From the IMG/VR virus record IMGVR_UViG_2534681765_000010: 18,993 nucleotides of DNA; one strand, written 5' to 3'. The notes under the pieces were generated by a model, which searched no databases, was not told the DNA's origin, and saw only the letters and a list, made by a program, of their open reading frames with translations. Positions 8,298 through 15,746 of this stretch are shown here, piece after piece. The position numbers and the translations under genes are program-made. This stretch comes from a virus. Lineage: Duplodnaviria; Heunggongvirae; Uroviricota; Caudoviricetes. Within the stretch, counting starts at the first letter, position 1. Each line of letters starts with the position of its first letter.

Positions 8298-9368
8298 ATG
8301 GCTAACGCCTGGCTCAGATTATGGCATGACATGCCAAATGACCCTAAGTGGCGAACAATTGCCAGGGTGTCAGGGCAGTCAATTGCAACAGTGATGGCAG
8401 TGTATATCCACCTCCTGGTGAGCGCGTCACGAAATGTCACGCGAGGTCACATTGATGTCACGACAGAAGATTTGGCAAGTGCGCTCGACGTGACAGAAGA
8501 GGTAATTGATTCAATTTTGCAGACGATGCAGGGGCGGGTACTTGATGGTGATTTAATCACTGGATGGGAAAAACGCCAGGTGCTTAAAGAGGACAACGGC
8601 AATATTTCGCAAACCGCAAAATCTCCTGCAGAGCGCAAGAGGGCGCAGCGAGAGAGGGAAAGAAAGCGGGAACAAAATGGCGATTGTCACGGCGCGTCAC
8701 GAAATGTCACGCACATGTCACGACGAGTCACGACAGATAAAGATACAGATAAAGATACAGATCAAGAAGATCAAAACACTATGGTCCATGGCGTAAAAAA
8801 CGCCACGAACCAGGCAGGGGATGTTCAGACCGTCAATCTTGGTCAGCCAGCAGGCACGACACCGGAAGCCGATTCAGCGTATGCGCTGAAAGCCGATTCG
8901 GGCGCTGTGCAGCAGGTGATGACCGCAAGGCCGGAGCAATCACACCAACTGCAGCAGCCTGAAGCCGATTCCGCCATTCAGCGGGAAGCCGATCGGGTAG
9001 TCACGGAAAACACCGGGCAGCCTGTGAGACGAGTGGATTATCCGGATGTGTTCGAACAGGTCTGGCGGGAATACCCGTTGCGTGCTGGGGCAAACCCGAA
9101 GAAATCCGCTTTCAGTGCCTGGAAGGCCAGATTACGCGAGGGGGTGTCACCAGAGGCCATGCTGGATGGCGTGAGGCGTTACGCAAGATACCTTGCGGCT
9201 ACCGGGAAAACGGGAACGGAATTTGTTCAGCGAGCGACGACGTTTTTTGGACCGGACCGGAATTTTGAAAACCCCTGGCTGCTCCCGGTAAGCGGCACGA
9301 ACAACCAGCGTTGTGTGAATCATATTTCTGAACCGGATACCGAAATTCCACCGGGCTTCAGGGGGTAA
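8298..9368 (+). CDS. Replication initiator protein (lambda O-like in function) with origin-like iterons inside the gene
   Basis: 357 codons from ATG 8298 (gaggtgag RBS; track start is an upstream GTG at 8292); position after cro/cII-like genes; two clusters of 10-bp-phased gtcac repeats plus an AT-rich tandem repeat within the ORF. Confidence 0.65.
   Translation: MANAWLRLWHDMPNDPKWRTIARVSGQSIATVMAVYIHLLVSASRNVTRGHIDVTTEDLASALDVTEEVIDSILQTMQGRVLDGDLITGWEKRQVLKEDNGNISQTAKSPAERKRAQRERERKREQNGDCHGASRNVTHMSRRVTTDKDTDKDTDQEDQNTMVHGVKNATNQAGDVQTVNLGQPAGTTPEADSAYALKADSGAVQQVMTARPEQSHQLQQPEADSAIQREADRVVTENTGQPVRRVDYPDVFEQVWREYPLRAGANPKKSAFSAWKARLREGVSPEAMLDGVRRYARYLAATGKTGTEFVQRATTFFGPDRNFENPWLLPVSGTNNQRCVNHISEPDTEIPPGFRG
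8422..8461. repeat. Iteron cluster 1: four gtcac motifs phased at 10-11 bp (8426, 8436, 8446, 8457)
   Basis: Read directly; contains the 21-bp unit gcgcgtcacgaaatgtcacgc (8422-8442), repeated exactly at 8692-8712. Confidence 0.65.
8686..8759. repeat. Iteron cluster 2: five gtcac motifs phased at 10-11 bp (8686-8731), then 12-bp AT-rich tandem repeat gataaagataca x2 (8736-8759)
   Basis: Read directly; iterons followed by an AT-rich tract is the classic layout of a lambdoid ori inside the initiator gene. Confidence 0.65.
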
Positions 9369-9408
9369 GTGTTGATTTCTGGTCATGAGGTAATTTTCAG
9401 GAGGACTT

Positions 9409-9831
9409 GTGGCAAAAGTTTTTACACAAGAAGAGCGGGAAAAAATTAAAGGGCAGGTTGTTGAACTCGTACGCCAGAGTGGGCGCGAGACGTTACGACA
9501 ACTGGAAACTAAAACTGGGGCAACAAGATATCTGATGAGCGTTCTGGCCAGAGAGCTGGTTGCCAGTGGCGATGTATACAACTCTGGTTACGGGTTATTC
9601 CCGTCTGAACAGGCGCGTAAGGACTGGCAAAATGCCCGTAAAAAGCTCTCAAGGGCAAAGCTGAAGAAACCATCTGCGGTTGATCCGGACCTTATCTGGT
9701 CATTACCTGACGGAGAAATACGTCGCTACGACAGGCGTCAGAACATAATCTGTCGCGAGTGCCGGAAGAGTGAGGTTATGCAGCGAGTGCTGGCGTTTTA
9801 TCAGGGTAATTTTCAGGAGGTGATGGCGTGA
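9409..9831 (+). CDS. Hypothetical protein (140 aa), possible DNA-binding / replication accessory
   Basis: GTG start 9409 preceded by the 16-bp RBS module ggtaattttcaggagg; sits between the initiator gene and the DUF4406-like gene. Confidence 0.5.
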   Translation: MAKVFTQEEREKIKGQVVELVRQSGRETLRQLETKTGATRYLMSVLARELVASGDVYNSGYGLFPSEQARKDWQNARKKLSRAKLKKPSAVDPDLIWSLPDGEIRRYDRRQNIICRECRKSEVMQRVLAFYQGNFQEVMA

Positions 9832-10123
9832 GAGTGAGAGTCTATATCGCCGGTCCAATGACCGGGTATAAAAATTTCAACCGTGAGGCGTTTCACAATG
9901 CGGAAGAGGAACTGAAACGGGAAGGGCATACCGTTTTAAATCCGGCTGTGCTTCCGGATGGGCTGACACAGCCGCACTACATGGATATTGCATGGCAATG
10001 ATTCGTTGTGTGGATGCGATTTACATGCTGAAAGGCTGGCAGCGGTCAGCAGGTGCTAAGGCAGAACTGGCGCTGGCGGAGAAACTGGGGCATGCAGTTA
10101 TTTTCCAGGAGGAGGTACAGTGA
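9828..10123 (+). pseudogene. DUF4406-like (nucleoside 2-deoxyribosyltransferase-like) gene split by a -1 frameshift near 9996-10001
   Basis: Part 1 (9828-10001) VRVYIAGPMTGYKNFNREAFHNAEEELKREGHTVLNPAVLPDGLTQPHYMDIAWQ; part 2 (9998-10123) MIRCVDAIYMLKGWQRSAGAKAELALAEKLGHAVIFQEEVQ. Joined they follow the DUF4406 pattern as I recall it; caa-tga looks like caa-atg minus one A. Confidence 0.55.
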
Positions 10124-10395
10124 ATATCGACGCAACAATGACGATTGGTACGGCCCTCAATACGGGGCTGGCGCTTCTTGGTTGGTGCTACATCATGTTC
10201 TGCTCATGGCGGTGGCTGTCACTGATGTTACTGAAAGAATGGAATAAACGCTGTAAACAGACGCAGCGGCAGAAGGCAATGAATGCGTTTTTTGAGACCT
10301 TCGATATTGACAGTATAGAACCAGGAGAGCCAGCTCGCGTGATTAGCAGAGGTGACGTTGTAATTCTTGTATACCGGAGTGAAGAGAAAGCATAA
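10120..10395 (+). CDS. Small hypothetical membrane protein (91 aa)
   Basis: GTG start overlapping the upstream stop; hydrophobic stretch LALLGWCYIMFCSWRWLSLMLL. Confidence 0.4.
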   Translation: MNIDATMTIGTALNTGLALLGWCYIMFCSWRWLSLMLLKEWNKRCKQTQRQKAMNAFFETFDIDSIEPGEPARVISRGDVVILVYRSEEKA

Positions 10396-10509
10396 TCCAA
10401 ATCTGAATAATTAAATCCAGCACTGTAAATAAAATTTAATCCTTAACCGGAGGGATTTCTGCACCCTCAGAACATCAGGAGGCCGCCCGAAAGGGCGGTG
10501 GAGATAATA

Positions 10510-11034
10510 ATGGAAATAACTAAAGAACGATTATTGGAAATAGCAAATCTTAGTGAAAGGGCATTAAGTGATGGGAGGATTATTTCTCCTGATGCTTATG
10601 AATCAGTTACAAGTATAGAAATAATAACGATGGCCAGGATGCTTCTTGGTTGCCTCAAAAAAGAATATAAAAAAAAGGTGGATAGCAATGCTAATATATA
10701 TGATATTTTGGACAGTTGGGGGGCTTGGGCTGCAGCTGGAAATAGTTCTATCAACTGGCAGCAAGTGGCTGATAAATATAAAGATGTAGTACCTCATGGT
10801 AAGAAATTACGCCGTCAGTGTGGCAACGATGAAGGTCGTATGATTGATACCTGCATGTTGAAGCTTAAACAATATAGAATAGATGACTATGAGTTAATTA
10901 TCGCTCATTTTGTTATAGGTATATCTTTGCGTACAATAGCACGAAGGTACAAATGTTCAGATGGAACAATAAGAAAGAATATACAACTTACAATGGGAGT
11001 ATTGTTAGGATTGTCTTTTTATGTGCAATTATAG
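10510..11034 (+). CDS. Antiterminator Q-like protein (Q933-type fold suspected) with N-terminal extension; first gene of the AT-rich island
   Basis: ATG 10510 with ggag RBS; motifs LDSWGAWAAAG, RRQCGNDEGRMIDTCMLKLK and CSDGTIRKNIQ resemble the Stx-phage Q family as I recall it; AT-rich codon usage. Confidence 0.45.
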   Translation: MEITKERLLEIANLSERALSDGRIISPDAYESVTSIEIITMARMLLGCLKKEYKKKVDSNANIYDILDSWGAWAAAGNSSINWQQVADKYKDVVPHGKKLRRQCGNDEGRMIDTCMLKLKQYRIDDYELIIAHFVIGISLRTIARRYKCSDGTIRKNIQLTMGVLLGLSFYVQL

Positions 11035-11039
11035 ATATA

Positions 11040-11519
11040 TCACATGAGCCTTGTTATGTCCTTTAGACGCGACCAGGTAGTATAAAATTTTTTAAATGTA
11101 ATAAGCAGGAAAAAAATTCCCACTTGGAGTAATAGTTGGGCATATGTGTGCTCGTCGGCATCTTTTACTAGTGGGAATTTAAACTTTAGTGTATCAGGGA
11201 AAAATAATAAAATGATAAAAATAATACAAACTGATAGTAACCATCCCATAGTGGAGTGCATTTCTTCGGTCAGTTTTTTCAAATAACCAGTTTTTCCTAT
11301 ATTTCTAATTAGCGTATTATCTCTAGCTGAAGCAATCAAGGTAAGCGAACCTAAAACAAAGCCAAATAATATCCCAGAAAATGTAGAAACGGCCGAAGCG
11401 ATTGGCTGAATTTGTGCAAAATTTAGCTTTGCAGAAAGAGGCCATGCGATGATACAAAAAACAACAGAGGCTAAATTATAACCATAACTGTACAAAGTTA
11501 TCAATTTCCCCTTTTTCAT
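11040..11519 (-). CDS. Small integral membrane protein (159 aa, about 4 predicted TM helices); distal gene of a two-gene operon
   Basis: Four hydrophobic segments (LASVVFCIIAWPL; VSTFSGILFGFVLGSLTLIASA; MGWLLSVCIIFIILLFF; LLLQVGIFFLLITF); starts 16 nt downstream of the 304-aa gene; strongly AT-rich. Confidence 0.7.
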   Translation of the reverse strand: MKKGKLITLYSYGYNLASVVFCIIAWPLSAKLNFAQIQPIASAVSTFSGILFGFVLGSLTLIASARDNTLIRNIGKTGYLKKLTEEMHSTMGWLLSVCIIFIILLFFPDTLKFKFPLVKDADEHTYAQLLLQVGIFFLLITFKKFYTTWSRLKDITRLM

Positions 11520-11534
11520 ACCATCGCTCCAAAA

Positions 11535-12449
11535 TTAATCAACTCTTTGATTGGCTACTCCAAAGTATGCCTTCAATTCATCATCTTTACTATCTTTTGC
11601 AAGAGTTAAGGCGCTCCAAATGCTGCCAACTAATGGATACCTACCTCCAAGTTCAACATCTGTGTAGTAGACTAATTTGTCTGCTACAAGATCGATAGGA
11701 TGCTGTACACCGGTCTCAATGTCTTGGGTTTCTAGTTTAAGTTTTTCAACCTCAAAAGTCTCTAGTGTTTCTTTAAAGGCTCTTTTTAGTTGAGAACCTA
11801 GATAGCGAGATTCAGGATCTTCAGAACGACTATCCCCACGTAATGTAAGATTTACTTTGGCAGAATTAGTACCATTTAGAGTGGCTATCAATGCATTGTT
11901 GAAGTTATGTTCAACATCCTCATATAGTTGCACATTCTTTGGCCGAGCGATACCGATTTCTAGAGTTTTGATTCGAACTTCATTACGCATCAACCACTTT
12001 AAACTACTGGTCTGAATGATGGGATTAACAGTTGTATTTTGTGAACTGTTGGAAAGATATTTACTTAATAGCACCCAGCCATAACAGAGTCTGTTTCGTT
12101 GAATTATTAAAACTGAGTCTTGGGTATAAAAATGAAAATAAGCTTTTTCTAATAAGTTTTCATTGATTTCAAGTTTAATTTCTCTTTCTTCACCTCCGGC
12201 TACAGCAACATGAGGGAGATTATTGGTTCTGTGTTTTCCTATAACTCCCCTGAAACCATAGTCGGTTCTTTCCATGAAGCGCATTTCAACTAGTTTATTT
12301 CCTATTTTACGTACAGTTTTGTCTCGGCCTTCGCTGTATGACTCAAAAATTTTTGAAAAAACAGCTTCAGGTGAATTAACTCCTGCATTTGTATCAGTGC
12401 TTATAGTGTGACATTGATAAAAATCGAAGAAAAAGCGCTTGCTAGCCAT
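11535..12449 (-). CDS. Hypothetical 304-aa cytoplasmic protein; promoter-proximal gene of the two-gene operon (candidate sensor of an abortive-infection pair)
   Basis: Long uninterrupted ORF, AT-rich; no Walker A or other motif I recognise; preceded by a ~390-bp AT-rich promoter-like region (12450-12840). Confidence 0.7.
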   Translation of the reverse strand: MASKRFFFDFYQCHTISTDTNAGVNSPEAVFSKIFESYSEGRDKTVRKIGNKLVEMRFMERTDYGFRGVIGKHRTNNLPHVAVAGGEEREIKLEINENLLEKAYFHFYTQDSVLIIQRNRLCYGWVLLSKYLSNSSQNTTVNPIIQTSSLKWLMRNEVRIKTLEIGIARPKNVQLYEDVEHNFNNALIATLNGTNSAKVNLTLRGDSRSEDPESRYLGSQLKRAFKETLETFEVEKLKLETQDIETGVQHPIDLVADKLVYYTDVELGGRYPLVGSIWSALTLAKDSKDDELKAYFGVANQRVD

Positions 12450-12897
12450 TGCAAAAATTTCCTGTAAAAAATAATTACATACTTAAGATACTACAAAGAA
12501 TAATGCGTACGCAAAATTTTTTGTTGAGTAGAATATGTTCGCGGGGTATTTTTCGTTAAGATATAATTACCATGGTAACTTTTGCGTTGGTAATGCATTA
12601 TGTGGTGGAGAAAAAGAGAGAGTCTTATCTTTAAATTATCGCCAGCCTATATGACTATATGAGTAGTATTTAGATGGGAAATTGTTGAGTTATTGAAAGG
12701 AACCATAACCTTTATGTAAAATTACTGCGGGTGCTTGAGGTTATCTGTCTCAGGCATGCCACCAAAAGGCAGATAGAGAAAAGCCCCAGTTAACGTTACG
12801 CGTCCTGCAAGACGTTTAACATTAATCTGAGGCTCAATCTATGAACGGCAAATCTAGGTTAGCCTCTTACGTGCCGAAAGGCAAGGAGAAGCAGGCT

Positions 12898-13053
12898 ATG
12901 AAGCAGCAAAAGGCGATGTTAATCGCCCTGATCGTCATCTGTTTAACCGTCATAGTGACGGCACTGGTAACGAGGAAAGACCTCTGCGAGGTACGAATCC
13001 GAACCGGCCAGACGGAGGTCGCTGTCTTCACAGCTTACGAACCTGAGGAGTAA
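12898..13053 (+). CDS. hokD: Hok/Gef-family type I toxin (51 aa), HokD/RelF-like
   Basis: MKQQKAMLIALIVICLTVIVTALVTRKDLCEVRIRTGQTEVAVFTAYEPEE: single TM helix then the conserved RKxLCE..R....EVA.F.AYE Hok pattern; aaggag RBS 10 nt upstream. The track ORF start at 12841 is an in-frame extension that is probably not translated. Confidence 0.7.
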   Translation: MKQQKAMLIALIVICLTVIVTALVTRKDLCEVRIRTGQTEVAVFTAYEPEE

Positions 13054-13121
13054 GAGACCAGGTGAGGGAGAAATCCCTCGCCACCTCTGATGAGTCAGGC
13101 ATCCTCAACGCACCCGCACTT

Positions 13122-13148
13122 AACCCGCTTCGGCGGGTTTTGTTTTTT
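13122..13148 (+). terminator. Rho-independent terminator (aacccgc-ttcg-gcgggtt + T-run) downstream of hok
   Basis: Perfect 7-bp GC-rich stem, 4-nt loop, then tgtttttt; read directly. Confidence 0.65.
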
Positions 13149-13220
13149 CCTGGCATTCTGGTTTACAATTCGCACGCCAGCCTGAACAACTGGCACCTGC
13201 TGCGCCAGCAGAGACAACCG

Positions 13221-13493
13221 ATGGCGCACAAAACCAAATTTCACAATTCTGATACCGCCCTTGCCATCCGGCATGGGCGGCGTTCACACGCATTTAAAAC
13301 CGACTGGTACCAACACCCACCATGTACTGAAGAACAGGCCGAATGGCTAATTCATAACTACCGCAGACGCGGATACGAGATTAAGAAAGCCCTCAGCCTC
13401 GATTATCGTCACTGGATAATCTATGTCAGGCTCCCTTATTCCGAACGCCCACCGCGTCCGTCCCGCACATTCCAGCAACGCATCTGGAGGTAA
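13221..13493 (+). CDS. Hypothetical protein (90 aa), Rem-like by position (between hok and the DUF968 gene, as in Qin prophage)
   Basis: ATG 13221 lies downstream of the terminator; the track ORF from 13062 runs through the terminator and is probably over-extended; stop taa 13491-13493 immediately precedes the next gene start. Confidence 0.35.
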   Translation: MAHKTKFHNSDTALAIRHGRRSHAFKTDWYQHPPCTEEQAEWLIHNYRRRGYEIKKALSLDYRHWIIYVRLPYSERPPRPSRTFQQRIWR

Positions 13494-13494
13494 C

Positions 13495-14544
13495 GTGCGG
13501 GTATTACTTCGACCTGTTCCGGTACCGGAACTTGGGCTGGTGGTGCTAAAACCGGGCCGTGAATCCATGCAGGTATTTCATAACCCTCGAGTTCTGGTGG
13601 AGCCGGAACCGAAAAGCATGCATGGTCTGCCGTCCGGAGTCGTTCCTGCTGTTCGCCAGCCGCTGGCGGAGGATAAATCATTACTGCCATTTTTCAGCGA
13701 TGAGCGGGTGATTCGTGCTGCTGGTGGTGCTGGTGCATTGTCTGACTGGCTGTTACGCCACGTTAAATCCTGCCAGTGGCCTCATGGTGACTATCATCAC
13801 AGTGAAACCGTTATTCACCGTTATGGTACTGGCGCAATGGTGTTGTGCTGGTACTGCGACAACCAGCTGCGTGACCAGACTTCTGAATCACTCGGGCAGC
13901 TTGCTCACCAAAACCTGTCAGCATGGATGATTGATGTCATCCGCCACGCAATGAATGGCACGCAGGAGCGGGAATTATCGCTGGCTGAATTATCCTGGTG
14001 GGCGGTCTGCAATCAGGTGGCGGACGCGCTACCAGAGGCAGCATTACGTCGTTCTCTGGGGTTACGTGCGGAAAAAATTCGCTCAGTATACCGCGAGAGC
14101 GACATCGTGCCGGGAGAGCAGACCGCCACCAGCATGCTGAAGCAGCGCACAAAAAATCTTGCGCCGCTGCCTCACGCCCACCAGCAACAGAACCCACCAC
14201 AGGAAAAGACGGTGGTCAGCATTGCCGTTGATCCTGAGTCTCCGGAATCTTTCATGAAACGACCTAAACGTCGCCGCTGGGTTAACGAGAAATACACACG
14301 CTGGGTGAAGACACAGCCGTGTGCGTGTTGTGGTAAGCCAGCCGACGATCCCCATCACCTGATTGGTCATGGTCAGGGCGGAATGGGGACAAAATCTCAC
14401 GATATTTTCACGCTACCGCTGTGTCGGGGGCATCACAACGAGCTTCATGCGGATCCGCTGGCGTTCGAAGAAAAGCATGGTTCTCAGGTTGATTTAATTT
14501 TTCGTTTTCTTGATCACGCCTTTGCAACTGGCGTGCTTGGGTAA
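13495..14544 (+). CDS. DUF968-like prophage protein with C-terminal Cys/His-rich (HNH-like) motif
   Basis: GTG 13495 after a ggagg RBS (alternative ATG 13567; track start 13423 overlaps the upstream gene); C-terminal CACCGKPADDPHHLIGHGQGGMGTKSHDIFTLPLCRGHHNELH. Confidence 0.6.
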   Translation: MRVLLRPVPVPELGLVVLKPGRESMQVFHNPRVLVEPEPKSMHGLPSGVVPAVRQPLAEDKSLLPFFSDERVIRAAGGAGALSDWLLRHVKSCQWPHGDYHHSETVIHRYGTGAMVLCWYCDNQLRDQTSESLGQLAHQNLSAWMIDVIRHAMNGTQERELSLAELSWWAVCNQVADALPEAALRRSLGLRAEKIRSVYRESDIVPGEQTATSMLKQRTKNLAPLPHAHQQQNPPQEKTVVSIAVDPESPESFMKRPKRRRWVNEKYTRWVKTQPCACCGKPADDPHHLIGHGQGGMGTKSHDIFTLPLCRGHHNELHADPLAFEEKHGSQVDLIFRFLDHAFATGVLG

Positions 14545-14556
14545 AAGAGGTGACTG

Positions 14557-14916
14557 ATGCTCATAGATTTGGTTTTACCTTACCCGCCGACGGTGAACAC
14601 TTACTGGCGACGCCGTGGCAGCACATATTTTATCTCGGAGGAGGGAAAGCGTTATCGCCGGGCTGTGGCGCTTATTGTTCGCCAGCAGCGGCTGAAATTA
14701 AACCTGTCCGGAAGGCTGGCGATAAAGGTGATTGCAGAGCCACCGGATAAACGTCGTCGTGACCTGGACAATATCCTGAAAGCACCACTGGATGCACTGA
14801 CACATGCGGGGTTGCTTATCGACGACGAGCAGTTTGATGAAATTAATATTGTGCGCGGTCAGCTTGTTCCTGGTGGGCGGTTGGGGATAAAAATCACAGA
14901 ACTGGAGTGCGCATGA
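14557..14916 (+). CDS. rusA: RusA Holliday-junction resolvase
   Basis: 119 aa; LPYPPTVNTYWRRRG ... DKRRRDLDNILKAPLDAL ... GGRLGIKITEL matches RusA motifs including the catalytic Asp cluster as I recall them. Confidence 0.85.
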   Translation: MLIDLVLPYPPTVNTYWRRRGSTYFISEEGKRYRRAVALIVRQQRLKLNLSGRLAIKVIAEPPDKRRRDLDNILKAPLDALTHAGLLIDDEQFDEINIVRGQLVPGGRLGIKITELECA

Positions 14917-15602
14917 ATAACCAGTATTTACAGTTTGTTCGTGAGCAACTCATGATTGCCACCGCCGATTTGAGTGGATCAACAAAAGGGCAGCTTGAAG
15001 CCTGGCAGGAGAATGCCATGTTCGATACAGGGCGTTACAGGCGAAAAAAAATCCGGTACCGCGATGAAGTGACTGGAAAAATGATAACGCGGGATAATCC
15101 ACCAATCCCGGGAAAGCAATCGCTGGCGAAAGGTTCATCAATTGCCCTGGTCAGTCCGGTTGAGTTTTCGACATCATCATGGCGACGCGCCGTTCTGTCT
15201 CTTGAAGAGCATCAGAAGGCGTGGGTGCTGTGGGTATACAGTGAAAATCCGAGTTGGGATTATCAGGTGGTCATTGCGAAATGGGCGTGGGATAAGTTTC
15301 AGGTGCATTTTGGCACCAGAAAAATTACAGGGAAAACGCTTGAGCGTCTGAAGAAATTAATCTGGCTGGCGGCGCAGGATGTCAGGGGGAGGATTACTGG
15401 GCGTGACGTCTACCAGCGACAGGAACTTGCCAGACTGTGTGGAGTTAAGCCTGACAACTGGAGCCATAATTATGCGAACTACTGGCGTGAGATGTGCGAC
15501 ATTTTTAAGAAACTCGATACAGAATCCTTGATTTGCACCGTGAAAATGAGATCGCAACAAAAAGCGACCTTTTCACGACGAGATATTGCAAAAGTCAATT
15601 AA
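14907..15602 (+). CDS. Late-gene antiterminator Q-like protein (QuuQ-type, assigned mainly by position after rusA)
   Basis: 231-aa ORF overlapping rusA by 10 nt and followed directly by a strong intrinsic terminator; the sequence itself is not one I can match confidently. Confidence 0.5.
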   Translation: MRMNNQYLQFVREQLMIATADLSGSTKGQLEAWQENAMFDTGRYRRKKIRYRDEVTGKMITRDNPPIPGKQSLAKGSSIALVSPVEFSTSSWRRAVLSLEEHQKAWVLWVYSENPSWDYQVVIAKWAWDKFQVHFGTRKITGKTLERLKKLIWLAAQDVRGRITGRDVYQRQELARLCGVKPDNWSHNYANYWREMCDIFKKLDTESLICTVKMRSQQKATFSRRDIAKVN

Positions 15603-15649
15603 ATCGCATACATTTTATGTAAATGTGATATTTTGCCGTATAGTGTGTA

Positions 15650-15674
15650 AACCCGCTTAAATGCGGGTTTTTTG
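15650..15674 (+). terminator. Rho-independent terminator (aacccgc-ttaaat-gcgggtt + tttttt) after the Q-like gene
   Basis: Perfect 7-bp stem with the same stem sequence as the hok terminator at 13122-13139, then a T-run; read directly. Confidence 0.75.
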
Positions 15675-15703
15675 CTTAACTCTGTGGACCTTTTTATCTG
15701 TAG

Positions 15704-15728
15704 TTGTAAGATATGGATATTCTTACAA
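15704..15728. promoter_or_regulatory. Perfect palindromic operator-like site ttgtaaga-N9-tcttacaa about 20 bp upstream of the kinase start
   Basis: 8-bp inverted repeat arms (15704-15711 / 15721-15728), read directly; sits between the upstream terminator and the kinase RBS. Confidence 0.55.
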
Positions 15729-15746
15729 TTTAGGTCGGTGAGCTTA

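Noticed and set aside
7808-9581. Minus-strand ORFs 7808-8164, 8174-8440, 8447-8638 and 9147-9581
   Set aside because: Antisense to the YdaT-like and replication initiator genes in the rightward early operon; no independent evidence.
10603-10797. Minus-strand ORF 10603-10797 inside the Q-like gene
   Set aside because: Low-complexity Ile/Phe/Tyr-rich translation from antisense reading of AT-rich coding sequence.
12841-12897. Upstream in-frame extension of the hok ORF (track start at 12841)
   Set aside because: Hok proteins are about 50 aa and the internal ATG at 12898 has a strong aaggag RBS; the extension is most likely leader sequence.
13062-13220. N-terminal part of track ORF 13062-13493
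   Set aside because: Runs straight through the hok terminator hairpin at 13122-13148; only the portion from ATG 13221 is kept, at low confidence.
13436-14400. Minus-strand ORFs inside the DUF968 gene (13436-13690, 13937-14200, 14083-14400) and plus-strand alternates (13955-14140, 13998-14231)
   Set aside because: Overlap a long, motif-bearing plus-strand gene; Arg/Ala/Pro-rich translations typical of off-frame reading of GC-rich coding sequence.
15611-15644. Possible late promoter upstream of the post-Q terminator (-10-like tatagt at 15639-15644)
   Set aside because: The -35 region is poor and the terminator hairpin starts within about 6 bp of the -10, which would give an implausibly short transcript. 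The hairpin is better read as the terminator of the Q-like gene.
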